From assembly GCA_965233585.1 (NCBI GenBank), contig CBDDTI010000729.1, forward strand, positions 1 to 64,000: a stretch of 64,000 nt of DNA, given 5' to 3'. Positions 24,786-34,949 of this stretch are shown one piece after another. The position numbers and the translations under genes were made by a program. This DNA is from a bacterium. GTDB taxonomy: Bacteria > SAR324 > NAC60-12. Each line of letters begins with the position of its first letter. Positions within the stretch are counted from its first letter, which is position 1. The notes below the pieces were generated by a model, which worked only from the letters and a program-made list of their open reading frames with translations, did not search any database and was not told where the DNA came from.

Positions 24786-26171
24786 TTATCCAATCAAACC
24801 ACCTTTTGTCATTTTGTCTGGGGCAAGTGCTTGGTCTAATTCTTCGCCAGACAAATCACACATCTCAAGAGCGACTTCTTTCAAAGGACGTCCTTCTGCA
24901 AATGCTTTTTTGGCAATTTGAGCCGCAAGGTCATAGCCGATGATTGGATTTAAAGCTGTGACTAAGATGGGGTTTTTGTTAACTAGGCTTCGGATATGTT
25001 CTTCTCTCACAGTGATTTGGGAGACAGAACGTTCGGCAAAGTTATTTGCTGCGTGAGACAATAACTTGATGGATTCCAACAAACTGTGTGCCACCATTGG
25101 CAACATCACATTCAATTCAAAGTTTCCAGAAACCCCCCCTATGTTGACAGCCGTGTCATAGCCAATGACTTGTGCGCAAACCATAGCCGTTGATTCTTCA
25201 ATGACAGGATTCACTTTGCCCGGCATGATAGAGGAACCGGGTTGCAATGCTGCTAATTGAATCTCTCCCAATCCCGCATGAGGTCCTGAATTCATCCAGC
25301 GCAAGTCATTTGCAATTTTCATCAAACTCACAGCGATTGTTTTGAGTTGTCCGCTCAGTTCTACTGGTGCATCAACTGTTGATTGTGCCTCAAAATGATT
25401 CAATGTTTCTTGGAATGGCTGGTTTGTTTCTTGTGCCATGGCTTCCGCAAACATCTTTCCAAAATTTTGATGTGTGTTGATTCCTGTGCCAACAGCTGTC
25501 CCTCCTTGTGGTAATTCAGCAATCCTTTCAAGTGCGGACTCCAGCCTTGTAACAGCCAACTCTATCTGACGCGCGTAGCCTTGAAATGTTTGAAAACACG
25601 TGACGGGCATTGCGTCCATCAAGTGTGTTCTACCTGTTTTGACAACATGCTCATACTCTATTCCTTTGTTCAAAAAAGCCTGACGTAACTTTTGCAAAGC
25701 AGGAATTAAAAATTTTTTGGTTTGCAAATAGGCAGCAACACGAATCGCAGTGGGAATCACGTCGTTAGAACTTTGTCCAAAATTGACATGGTCGTTTGGG
25801 TGAACATCAACATTGTCGGTCAATTCTGATGCTCGTTTGGCGATGACTTCATTGGCATTCATGTTACTGGAAGTCCCTGAACCTGTTTGGTAGATGTCAA
25901 CTGGAAAATGCTCGTCCCACTGTCCTTCTGCCACTTCTCTTGATGCCTTTTCAATTGTATAGGCGATTTGTTTGGGAACAAGACCAAGCTCTCCGTTCAC
26001 TTTAGCTGAACAAAGTTTTATCAACCCCAAAGCCTCAATAAAGCTACGACCAAATGTGATGCCACTAATTGGGAAGTTTTGAACAGCTCGCATGGTTTGA
26101 GCGCCATAGTAAGCATTGGAAGGAACCCTCACCTCTCCCATTGAATCTTTTTCTATTCTGTAATTATTCAT
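24786..26171 (-). CDS. fumC: Class II fumarate hydratase
   Basis: YGAQT, QTGSGTSSNMN, HPNDHVN, GRTHLMDA, GSSIMPGKVNP. Confidence 0.95.
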   Translation of the reverse strand: MNNYRIEKDSMGEVRVPSNAYYGAQTMRAVQNFPISGITFGRSFIEALGLIKLCSAKVNGELGLVPKQIAYTIEKASREVAEGQWDEHFPVDIYQTGSGTSSNMNANEVIAKRASELTDNVDVHPNDHVNFGQSSNDVIPTAIRVAAYLQTKKFLIPALQKLRQAFLNKGIEYEHVVKTGRTHLMDAMPVTCFQTFQGYARQIELAVTRLESALERIAELPQGGTAVGTGINTHQNFGKMFAEAMAQETNQPFQETLNHFEAQSTVDAPVELSGQLKTIAVSLMKIANDLRWMNSGPHAGLGEIQLAALQPGSSIMPGKVNPVIEESTAMVCAQVIGYDTAVNIGGVSGNFELNVMLPMVAHSLLESIKLLSHAANNFAERSVSQITVREEHIRSLVNKNPILVTALNPIIGYDLAAQIAKKAFAEGRPLKEVALEMCDLSGEELDQALAPDKMTKGGLIG

Positions 26172-26343
26172 TCTTGTCTCTCCGTTTAGACGATTAGATT
26201 TAAAATCACAAAATTCTATTACATTCTGAAATCATTTTTCAATCTTTCTCTTCTCTCCAAAGTTAATGGTTGCAAATTATTTACGTCTGATAGTATAGTG
26301 TTGTTTTGCATTGGCATATTTAAAAATTTAGCTAGTTGTTTGA

Positions 26344-27120
26344 TTGATGAGCGTGGAGGTTAGGAATCTTTGTTTTTCCTACGGTTCTATGGAGGTGTTG
26401 CACGATGTTTCTCTGGATTTTAAAAAAGGCAGGTTTACATCAATTTTAGGTCCGAATGGTTGTGGAAAAAGCACGTTGTTTCACATCATTTGTAGGTCTT
26501 TACCTTTGCAATCTGGGGAAGTTTTCATTCAAGAAAAAGCCATTTCTGAATATAGCCGCCAAGAACAAGCACAAACTTTGTCAGTGCTTTCCCAATCTGG
26601 AAATTTGCCTGAATTTATGACTGTGCATGACATGGTGATGCAAGGTCGGTTTTGCTATCAAAGTTTTTTGTCAAGATATAGCGATGAAGACTTGGAGATT
26701 GTGGAAGGAGCAATGCAAGCGATGGACGTGCAAGAATTAGCACACAAAAGGGTTTCTCAAATTTCAGGGGGGCAACTTCAACGATGCCGTATGGCGATGA
26801 CACTTGCACAACAAACTGATGTTGTCTTGCTGGACGAACCAACGACTCACCTTGATTTGAAACATCAATACGCCTTGTTAGATATGGGAAGAACACTTGC
26901 AGATGAAGGAAAAACAGTCATTGCGATTCTGCATGACATGACCCAAGCCTTGCTTTATTCTGACCAAGTGGCTATTTTGCACGAGAAAGAAGTGTATGCT
27001 GTTGGCGAGCCGCATCAAGTGATGACTGATGCCATGATGGCAGATGTCTTTGGAGTTCAAACCAAACGTATAGGCAATCAAAAATTAGGTTTTCATGTTC
27101 CTGTACACCTTTTGGATTAA
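26344..27120 (+). CDS. Fe-siderophore ABC transporter ATPase (FecE/FhuC-like)
   Basis: GPNGCGKST, ISGGQLQR, LDEPTTHLD. Confidence 0.9.
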   Translation: MMSVEVRNLCFSYGSMEVLHDVSLDFKKGRFTSILGPNGCGKSTLFHIICRSLPLQSGEVFIQEKAISEYSRQEQAQTLSVLSQSGNLPEFMTVHDMVMQGRFCYQSFLSRYSDEDLEIVEGAMQAMDVQELAHKRVSQISGGQLQRCRMAMTLAQQTDVVLLDEPTTHLDLKHQYALLDMGRTLADEGKTVIAILHDMTQALLYSDQVAILHEKEVYAVGEPHQVMTDAMMADVFGVQTKRIGNQKLGFHVPVHLLD

Positions 27121-28123
27121 GTATAAACTTCTTCTGGCATGGTTCATTTCTTTTCTCATTTTAATCATTGCCTCGCTTTCTCATGTTTCTATCGGTGCAA
27201 AAACCATTGAATGGCATATCATTTTTGATGCTTTTTTCAGCTTTGACCCGACTCAATACTTACATCAAATCATCATCAAACAACGGTTAACCCGTCTGAT
27301 TGTTGCTTTGTTTTGTGGTGCTGCTTTAGGAATTGCAGGTTTTGCAGCACAAAAACTCTTTCAAAATCCTCTAGTTTCTGCAGACACATTGGGCGTCATC
27401 AGTGGGGCTAAGTTTTTTTGTATAGTAGCAATCTTTTTTATGTTTGCAGATGAAGGTCAGTTGATTTTTCCTGCACTTTTAGGTTCATTAGTTGCTGGTT
27501 TTATGACACTAGGCATGACACGTCTGATGAGCAAATCTAGCGTGTCTAAAAGTCTGCATCTTGTGTTAGCAGGAAGTTTGGTGGCGATGCTGTTTTCTTC
27601 TTTAAGCGTTTTTGTCATGTCATTAGACCCATTGCGTTTTTATGGATTGCAATCATGGTTACTTGGAGACATTGGAACATCAGATTACAAAGCCTTGCAA
27701 ATTGTCTGGTGGGTTGGTGTCATCAGTATTTTAGTTTTGATTGTTCAAAGTCGTCCGATGGATGCACTGATGCTTGGGGATAAACAGGCGAACAGTTTGG
27801 GAGTTAATGTGCGTTGGGTGCGTGGATTGGTGCTTGGTGGGGTGTTTATCATTTCATCGGTAGTGGTCTCAGTAGTTGGTCCAATTGGTTTTGTCGGACT
27901 GGTTGTGCCTCATGCAGTGAAATTATTTGTCAACGAGACTGGAAAACAAGGCATGTTGCTTTCTATCATTGTTGGAGCTTTAGCATTGGTTTTGGCTGAT
28001 TTGCTAGCACGCACGATGGTTGCCCCAAAACTTTTACTTGTCGGAGCAGTCACAGCGAGCATTGGAGGCTTTGTTTTTTTAATACTTTTGTTCTTTAGGG
28101 CGAATCGTTTTTCTGGAGGATAA
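27095..28123 (+). CDS. Fe-siderophore ABC permease (FecCD family), first
   Basis: RLTR, QNPLVS, LGDKQANSLGV, GPIGFVGLVVPH. Confidence 0.9.
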   Translation: MFLYTFWIKYKLLLAWFISFLILIIASLSHVSIGAKTIEWHIIFDAFFSFDPTQYLHQIIIKQRLTRLIVALFCGAALGIAGFAAQKLFQNPLVSADTLGVISGAKFFCIVAIFFMFADEGQLIFPALLGSLVAGFMTLGMTRLMSKSSVSKSLHLVLAGSLVAMLFSSLSVFVMSLDPLRFYGLQSWLLGDIGTSDYKALQIVWWVGVISILVLIVQSRPMDALMLGDKQANSLGVNVRWVRGLVLGGVFIISSVVVSVVGPIGFVGLVVPHAVKLFVNETGKQGMLLSIIVGALALVLADLLARTMVAPKLLLVGAVTASIGGFVFLILLFFRANRFSGG

Positions 28124-28367
28124 AGCAGAGTTATGTTGAAAAATTTTCTAAACACAGTTTTGAAGTTTAAGCTAGTTTCTAAGTTTAGAGTCAACAAAAG
28201 TATAGACAACTAAATGAATTTTTTATCCGTATAAAAGATTTATTTTTATTTTATAAAAAGTGCAAATGTTGGATAATATCCTTGAGCTGACGGTAACCTG
28301 CTCCATTTCTACTGTTCAGCTTTGAAAATTCATCTAATAATTTAACCCTTAAAAAGCGAGGTGTACT

Positions 28368-28835
28368 ATGACTAGGAAACATTTTTTGATGGTTGCGGCT
28401 TACTTATTGAGTCAAAAGATCGTTTGGTCTGAAGACGAAATAAAAAAAATTAGCAGGAGTGAGGAAGAATGGAGGAGGCTTTTGACAAAAGCCGAGTTTT
28501 ACGTGATGAGGAAAGAAGGAACAGAGAGACCTTATACAAGTCCTTTGAATGATGAGAAACGTCAGGGAATCTATGTTTGTGCTGCCTGTCAGTTGCCTTT
28601 GTTTGAGTCTGAAAAAAAATATGATAGTAGGACAGGTTGGCCAAGTTTTTATGATGCTATTGCAGGCAGACTAGGAACAAAACTGGATTTCAAGTTGGTT
28701 TTCCCCAGAACAGAATACCATTGTATCCGTTGTGGCTCGCATCAAGGTCATGTTTTTAGTGATGGTCCACAACCCACAGGCTTGCGATATTGTAACAATG
28801 GCATCGCATTAGAATTTCAACCTGCTCGGGCATAA
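28368..28835 (+). CDS. msrB: Peptide-methionine (R)-S-oxide reductase
   Basis: GTERP, CAAC, GWPSF, CIRC, HQGHVFSDGP, RYCNN. Confidence 0.95.
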   Translation: MTRKHFLMVAAYLLSQKIVWSEDEIKKISRSEEEWRRLLTKAEFYVMRKEGTERPYTSPLNDEKRQGIYVCAACQLPLFESEKKYDSRTGWPSFYDAIAGRLGTKLDFKLVFPRTEYHCIRCGSHQGHVFSDGPQPTGLRYCNNGIALEFQPARA

Positions 28836-29083
28836 TTTTTAATTTTTCAGCTCCAACTATTGAAACCTCATTGAAGCTCCTGATAGATTGATTCAAACGT
28901 TTTTCTTTGCGTAAACAACTATTCGGAGCTTTCCATGACACAAAATGAAATCTTCAAAAATTAAAATTTTTTACTACACTCTGATTTGCAAGGTAATTTT
29001 TGATTTTTATTTCTAATTGAAAAAATGAAAAAATATGTGAAATTTAAGAAAGTTTGTAGCTCATTTGAGACTATGATAAAAGT

Positions 29084-29944
29084 ATGAATTTTTGGAATAT
29101 AGAATCTGAGATTAAGTTTTTTGAAGAATCTTTAAAAAATTTTGCCTCACCTGAACAACTTTTTTATAGGCTGTCTGATGAATATTTTGCTTATGTTCCT
29201 AAAGATACAAGTGCAAAAGGGCAAACGTTGCAAAGTAGAAATACTTTGATTGGACAATATACTGAGAAATGGAGCAAAGATTTTTTTCAACCTATCGCAC
29301 AAGAATTAGGATTATTCGCAGTCAATGATGTTGTCTGTCCTGAAATTGGATTGACTCGTCAGAGTTCAGCAGATTTGGCTTTTTGCACCACAAATCAAAT
29401 TCAACAAAAAGCAAAGAACATCAAGTTACTATTTGAGATTAAAATGAGCATTGTGAATAATTACCAACTTCAAAACAATCAGGTCAAGCTGGTTGGTGAT
29501 TATCAAACTCATAGAGGAAACCCTTCCATTCTTCGTTCAGATTCTATGTTAAAAGCTATCGGTAAATCCATTAACATCAGAGTCTCTGGGAAAGATTCTA
29601 CGCAAATTCCTATTGTCATTATTGGAAATAGTCCTATTACAAAATCTTATTTAGAAAAAGTAGATTTTTTAAAAAAATCTGGTGTGATACAAGGTTTTAT
29701 TTCGTTATACCCTAATCCAACAACATCATTTATTAAAGAGACAGAACATAAAGGATTCCAAACTTTTAGTGATTATTTCAAATTGCAAGAATTTATATCT
29801 CATCTTATTTCTTCCAATATGTCTTTTTTCTCTTCAATGCTACCTCAAAATAAATTAGGACAACTCATAAAGATTGCTTCAAAAGAACATCATGAAGCTC
29901 TCATTGCAGAGAAATTTATTCAGTTAATAAGTGATGAAAAATAA
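29084..29944 (+). CDS. Putative type II restriction endonuclease (PD-(D/E)XK)
   Basis: ADL...FEIK catalytic-like motif; overlaps the downstream DNA methyltransferase start. Confidence 0.7.
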   Translation: MNFWNIESEIKFFEESLKNFASPEQLFYRLSDEYFAYVPKDTSAKGQTLQSRNTLIGQYTEKWSKDFFQPIAQELGLFAVNDVVCPEIGLTRQSSADLAFCTTNQIQQKAKNIKLLFEIKMSIVNNYQLQNNQVKLVGDYQTHRGNPSILRSDSMLKAIGKSINIRVSGKDSTQIPIVIIGNSPITKSYLEKVDFLKKSGVIQGFISLYPNPTTSFIKETEHKGFQTFSDYFKLQEFISHLISSNMSFFSSMLPQNKLGQLIKIASKEHHEALIAEKFIQLISDEK

Positions 29945-30854
29945 AGGTACAGAAACAAGTTCTTTTGGAACACGTGGAAGAATCAATCATAATTCAGAGA
30001 AATTTTATAATTCTAAACTTTACCAAGAATTTGAAGATTACAACCAAGTTGATAAAAGTATCAATCCTTTTCCTAGTGAATTGTTAAACCAAATTATTTT
30101 AGGAACGTCTGAAAAGATGTTTCAAATTCCTAATAACTCTTTACATTTAATGATCACTTCTCCCCCTTACAATGTTTCTAAAGAATATGATGAAAATTTG
30201 TCTTTAGACGAGTATTTGGCACTACTTAAAAAAGTGTTTCAAGAGACTTATCGTGTTTTAGTGAATGGAGGAAGAGCTTGTATCAATATCGCTAATTTGG
30301 GAAGAAAACCTTATATTCCATTATCAGATTATATTTCTCAAATGATGCTTGATATTGGATTCAATATGCGGGGAGAAATCATTTGGAACAAAGCTGCCAG
30401 TGCCAGTCCTTCAACAGCTTGGGGAAGCTGGATGTCAGCTTCTAACCCAACGTTAAGAGATATTCACGAATACATTTTGGTTTTTTCAAAAGGTGACTAC
30501 AAAAGAGAGCGAAGCCAAACAGAAAAGGAAGAAAAAATGAACACTATTTCAAGAGATGATTTTATAGAATGGACTAAATCCATTTGGACGTTTCCAGCAG
30601 AATCTGCCAAAAGAATTGGTCACCCTGCTCCTTTTCCTGTTGAACTTCCTCAAAGGCTAATTCAAATCTTTTCTTTTACAAATGATATTGTTTTGGACCC
30701 ATTCATGGGAAGTGGAACAACAGCAGTTGCTGCCTTTAAAAATCATAGAAACTATATTGGTTTTGAAATCTCTCAAGAATACATCAACATTGCAAAAAAA
30801 CGACTAAAATCTGTGACACAAGATTTATTGATAAAAACTAAAAATCACTCATAA
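29931..30854 (+). CDS. Beta-class amino-DNA methyltransferase (SPPY, likely m4C)
   Basis: ITSPPYN precedes HPAPFP and VLDPFMGSGTT. Confidence 0.93.
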   Translation: MMKNKGTETSSFGTRGRINHNSEKFYNSKLYQEFEDYNQVDKSINPFPSELLNQIILGTSEKMFQIPNNSLHLMITSPPYNVSKEYDENLSLDEYLALLKKVFQETYRVLVNGGRACINIANLGRKPYIPLSDYISQMMLDIGFNMRGEIIWNKAASASPSTAWGSWMSASNPTLRDIHEYILVFSKGDYKRERSQTEKEEKMNTISRDDFIEWTKSIWTFPAESAKRIGHPAPFPVELPQRLIQIFSFTNDIVLDPFMGSGTTAVAAFKNHRNYIGFEISQEYINIAKKRLKSVTQDLLIKTKNHS

Positions 30855-30862
30855 ACCATAAA

Positions 30863-31906
30863 GTGCAGACGATTAAACAACGCAATTTTATTTTTAAAAT
30901 AGGCGCTAGTGTTTCGCTTCCTATTCACAAACAGACTTTGAGATTTAGCCTATTGCTCATACTGAGTTTGGTCGTGAGTTCATTATTTGGAATGCGTTTG
31001 GGTTCTATCTCGGCATCGTGGCAAGATGTTTGGTTAGTATTGCAGGGGAATATCAATGCCAATGATGTGACAGAAACCATCTATCAGTTGAGAGTGCCTC
31101 GTGTGATGGGGAGCCTTGTCTCTGGAATGCTGATGGCACTTTCAGGCTACATGTTACAAGTTGTTGCTAGAAATGCTTTAGCTGACCCGGGAGTGCTTGG
31201 ATTGTCTAGTGGTGCGGCATTGATGACAATTATTGTGTTCATCTGGAGTCCTCAAATGTCTATTTTTTGGGCGTCTTTTGTCACGTTTGCTGGGGCGACT
31301 TTGACAGGTTTGACTATCATACTGCTAGCACATCGCTACATTCATACGCCTTTCATTGTGCTGGTTGGAATTGCGGTTAGCACAATGCTAGGTGCTGTCA
31401 CTGACATCATTCTTTCAGCTGTGCGTATTGAATTAATGGTCGCTGTGCAATCTTTTTTGTCAGGTTCATTTGATGCACTCAATCACAGTAACGCTTTGTT
31501 TTTATTTGTTTGGTTCTTATTGTGTTTGTCTGTTTTTGTCATCATTGGACGTTGGATCAATCCCATGAGTTTAGGACATCAAACCGCAATGCGTTTGGGG
31601 GTTTCTACAAAAGGATTTTCTATTGCAATGACGTTGTTGGCTATTGTCGCAATGTCTCCAGTGATTGCCATTGCAGGAGTGTTGAGTTTTATTGGCTTAA
31701 TTTCCACTTTCCTAGCAAAAAACATCATTGGCTATCGTGGCAGTGAACTAGGTTTTGTGAGCATGATGCTCGGTGCCATAATGACGGTCTGGGCAGATAC
31801 ACTTGGCAGAACTTTATTTGCCCCCATCATGGTTCAAGCAGGAGTTTTTATTGCCGTCATTGGAGCAGTTTTTTTTATTATGATGACACGTTATGTATCC
31901 AAATAA
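30863..31906 (+). CDS. Fe-siderophore ABC permease (FecCD family), second
   Basis: LRVPR, RNALADPGVLG, SFIGL. Confidence 0.9.
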   Translation: MQTIKQRNFIFKIGASVSLPIHKQTLRFSLLLILSLVVSSLFGMRLGSISASWQDVWLVLQGNINANDVTETIYQLRVPRVMGSLVSGMLMALSGYMLQVVARNALADPGVLGLSSGAALMTIIVFIWSPQMSIFWASFVTFAGATLTGLTIILLAHRYIHTPFIVLVGIAVSTMLGAVTDIILSAVRIELMVAVQSFLSGSFDALNHSNALFLFVWFLLCLSVFVIIGRWINPMSLGHQTAMRLGVSTKGFSIAMTLLAIVAMSPVIAIAGVLSFIGLISTFLAKNIIGYRGSELGFVSMMLGAIMTVWADTLGRTLFAPIMVQAGVFIAVIGAVFFIMMTRYVSK

Positions 31907-31917
31907 TTTTTTGAGCA

Positions 31918-32965
31918 ATGAACAAAACAACTGAAGAGAAGTTTTTAACGGTAGTTCAAAGTAACACTTTTTACTTTTTTAATCCAAAATTTGAAGAAGT
32001 TTATGAGAACCACCTCAATTCCATCAAAACAACTTTGTTGGTTGTCAAAAATAAGATTGAAAATGAAGGTTTAAAACAAGAAATCTTTGAGAATTTATTG
32101 CAAGAAAAAGAGCATGGTCTCAAAGCATTATTGGCTTTGACAGGATTTTCTAATGAATTTCTGAAGCGATTAACAACAATGATTAGAATTGTTGATGATC
32201 AAGAGTTAAACCAACTAGTTTATAAAAAGGAATGGATTTGTCAAAACCATACTGAAGACATTCAAGAATGGTCTGATAGTACTATCCAAAAGTTAATTCA
32301 AGAAAACGAATACTTTAGAAAAGGAATTGTAAACCTCTTTTTTGAAGGATCATCTATTCCTTTTTTAGTTAAGACAATACCCTCTTTTGAACTGAAAAAA
32401 CTTAGTATTTCTAAATTAAAGTTTGAAATTCCAGAAATGATTGATACTTTGATCCGCTACAAAGAAAAAGGAAGTTATTCTGGAAAAAAGAACAATAATC
32501 CAGAAATGATGATTGAAGAAATTCTAAAAAAACATCAGATTGACTACGAACAAGGTGATCTACACAAACTTGCTAAGTACACTCCAGATAAGAAACGAAC
32601 AATGGATTTTATTATTCCTAATCAAGAAAATCCTACTGTTATTATTGAATGTTCCTTATAAGAAACGAACAATGGATTTTATTATTCCTAATCAAGAAAA
32701 TCCTACTGTTATTATTGAATGTTCCTTTTTAGCAACAACTTCTTCAGGACAAGGAGATAAATCAAAAACAGAAATTTCGGTCAGTACATTGATCAGGCAA
32801 TATTATCCCAATACTAGTTTTATTGGATTTGTAGATGGTATTGGATGGTACGTTCGTAAAAAAGATTTAAAAAGAATGGTGATGGCTTATCAAGATGTTT
32901 TCACATTTTATCAAAAAGAATTGGAACGATTTGAAAACTTCATTTTAGAAAAATTTAAAAAATAA
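31918..32965 (+). pseudogene. DpnII-like type II restriction endonuclease frameshifted by a 70-bp tandem duplication
   Basis: Two overlapping ORFs share KKRTMDFIIPNQENPTVIIECS; removing one repeat copy gives a single 325-aa ORF ending ...FIGFVDGIGW...; adjacent to an MTase. Confidence 0.82.
32588..32727. repeat. Perfect 2 x 70-bp tandem repeat
   Basis: ataagaaacgaac...gaatgttcctt at 32588-32657 and 32658-32727. Confidence 0.97.
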
Positions 32966-32966
32966 T

Positions 32967-33920
32967 ATGCAATCTTTTCTTAATCAAATCTTACAAGGAG
33001 ATTGTTTAGAATTGTTTCAACAAATCCCTGATAACTCTATTGATATGACATTTGCAGACCCCCCATTTAATTTGAAAAAAAAGTACTCTTCTTACCAAGA
33101 TAGCTTAGAGTTTCAAACTTATATTAATTGGTGTAAACAATGGATTGATGAAATGGTCAGAGTCACGAAACCCACAGGGTCTATTTTTTTACACAATATT
33201 CCTAAATGGCTGACCTATTATGCCGCTCATCTCAATCAAACAGCTCATTTCAAACATTGGATTTCATGGGAAGCTCCCACCGCGCCGATGGGAAAATCTT
33301 TACAACCTGCTCATTATGGGATTTTGTTTTACACCAAAGAAAGTAAGGGGACAAAAATTTATGAACTTCGCCACCCTCATAAAAGAGATAGAAAGCAAGG
33401 TTTTTTGTGGAAAGATTACGGAGGTAAAAAAGATTTACTACATCCTTTTGGTCCTTTAGTGTCAGACGTTTGGACTGATATTTTTAGAATCAAACACACT
33501 ACCAAAAGAGACAAACATCCTTGTCAACTACCAATTCATTTATTAGATAGAATCCTTTTAATGACAACTGATGAACATGATATTGTCTTGGATCCTTTTT
33601 CAGGGACAGGAACAACTGCCATTGCCGCAAAAAGGCTAGGAAGGAATTATATTGGTTTTGAATTGGATTCTAAATACGCAGAAATTTCAAAACAAAAATT
33701 AAAAAATATTGAACCTGATTCTAAGTTAGAGGAAGTTTGGGTCAGCTATTATTTAGATGAAATCATTACAATTAGAAATGATGACTGGGAAGTATTAAAA
33801 GAATATTTTACAATTCCTGAATCCACTAGAGATATAGATTTTAAAAAAATCAGATTAAACAATCAAAGCAAAAAAGAAAAGAAACATATTCAACTTGGTC
33901 TAAAATTTGGTTCAATTTGA
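32967..33920 (+). CDS. Beta-class amino-DNA methyltransferase (DPPF, likely m6A)
   Basis: FADPPFN, HPCQLP, VLDPFSGTGTT. Confidence 0.93.
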   Translation: MQSFLNQILQGDCLELFQQIPDNSIDMTFADPPFNLKKKYSSYQDSLEFQTYINWCKQWIDEMVRVTKPTGSIFLHNIPKWLTYYAAHLNQTAHFKHWISWEAPTAPMGKSLQPAHYGILFYTKESKGTKIYELRHPHKRDRKQGFLWKDYGGKKDLLHPFGPLVSDVWTDIFRIKHTTKRDKHPCQLPIHLLDRILLMTTDEHDIVLDPFSGTGTTAIAAKRLGRNYIGFELDSKYAEISKQKLKNIEPDSKLEEVWVSYYLDEIITIRNDDWEVLKEYFTIPESTRDIDFKKIRLNNQSKKEKKHIQLGLKFGSI

Positions 33921-33926
33921 AAAAAA

Positions 33927-34193
33927 TTGCACAAGAAAATGAAAAAACACCTTAATCCATTCATCAACACTGTTTTAGCAGGTGATTGTTTAGAAGTGAT
34001 GCAATCCATACCTAATAATTCAATAGGTTTGATTTATTCAGTAGCTTTGTTGATGAAAGCCAAAGCAGTCAAACGTTCTAAGAAAGTCATTTTAATTCAA
34101 ACTCAAGCGAATGACTTACTTGATGAAATTTTTTCTGAAGAAGGCTTAACTATTATTCAAATTCCAGCAATTCAATTTAAAAGATTTCTTTAG
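33927..34193 (+). pseudogene. Chimeric remnant: MTase N-terminus fused to unrelated sequence
   Basis: FINTVLAGDCLEVMQSIPNNSI parallels FLNQILQGDCLELFQQIPDNSI of the preceding MTase, and similarity stops before the xPPY/F motif. Confidence 0.68.
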
Positions 34194-34246
34194 TCTTTCT
34201 TTTTAATTGATTTTATTTTTCTCAAACTTTATTGATTCAAAATCTT

Positions 34247-34846
34247 ATGAAAAATCAAAGTATCATTGAAGCGATTCAAAGTCGTGTTTCTGTGCCACAA
34301 AAACAGATGACGTCCCCTGCACCAACTGAAGAAGAACTGCAACTGGCATTAGATGCAACCCAGTCTGCTCCCAATCATGGAGCTTTGGAGTGTATGCGAT
34401 TTGCAGTGGTCAGAGAACATGAGGTTGACGCCTTCAAAAAACAATGGATTGAATTTGCAATCCAGAAATTTGAAGAACATGAACAACAGGAGCGAAAGAC
34501 CAACATGACTCGCATCCTTCAAGAAGTGCCAATGTTTATTTTTGTCTTTGTAGAGCCTCAAGGTTCTAACATTCCAGTCTATGAACAAGAATGGACGACT
34601 GCCTGTGGAGTACAAAACATGTTGCATGTTTTTTATCAACTTGGGTATGCCTGTAAATGGAATAGCCTGTATCGTGACCGCTTTCAATCCTTTAAGCAGT
34701 ATTTTCAAATTCCTGATGGTTGGTTGCCGATGGGATACGTGTTTGTTGGTAGTGCGGCAGAAGAGCATTTTGTCCCCAAACAAAGACCCAATTCCTCAAA
34801 TTTTACCTACTCCATGAATCATCAAGGAATTTTAACATCAGCTTAA
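34247..34846 (+). CDS. Nitroreductase-family flavoprotein (YdjA-like)
   Basis: IQSRVS, APNHGALE, EQEWTTACGVQNML, GYVFVG. Confidence 0.8.
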   Translation: MKNQSIIEAIQSRVSVPQKQMTSPAPTEEELQLALDATQSAPNHGALECMRFAVVREHEVDAFKKQWIEFAIQKFEEHEQQERKTNMTRILQEVPMFIFVFVEPQGSNIPVYEQEWTTACGVQNMLHVFYQLGYACKWNSLYRDRFQSFKQYFQIPDGWLPMGYVFVGSAAEEHFVPKQRPNSSNFTYSMNHQGILTSA

Positions 34847-34853
34847 ATCACTC

Positions 34854-34949
34854 ATTTCAATCATTGAATAACAAAGGAAAAAAAATGAATAAACTTATCA
34901 AAAATCTTGCAATAGGAATGGGTTCTGTTGCAATGGCAAGTCATCTTTA
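34854..34949. repeat. ~95-bp direct repeat (leader, RBS and signal peptide), copy 1
   Basis: Identical to 35837-35931 apart from one A in the A-run before ATG. Confidence 0.93.

Noticed and set aside
26227..26241. Fur-box-like TGAAATCATTTTTCA upstream of the iron operon
   Set aside because: Three mismatches to the TGAAAATNATTTTCA-type consensus in AT-rich DNA; too weak to call without a PWM scan
28283..28322. Imperfect hairpin upstream of msrB as a possible riboswitch
   Set aside because: No recognisable riboswitch consensus
32588..32727. CRISPR-like repeat
   Set aside because: Two adjacent copies, no spacer, coding sequence, no cas genes
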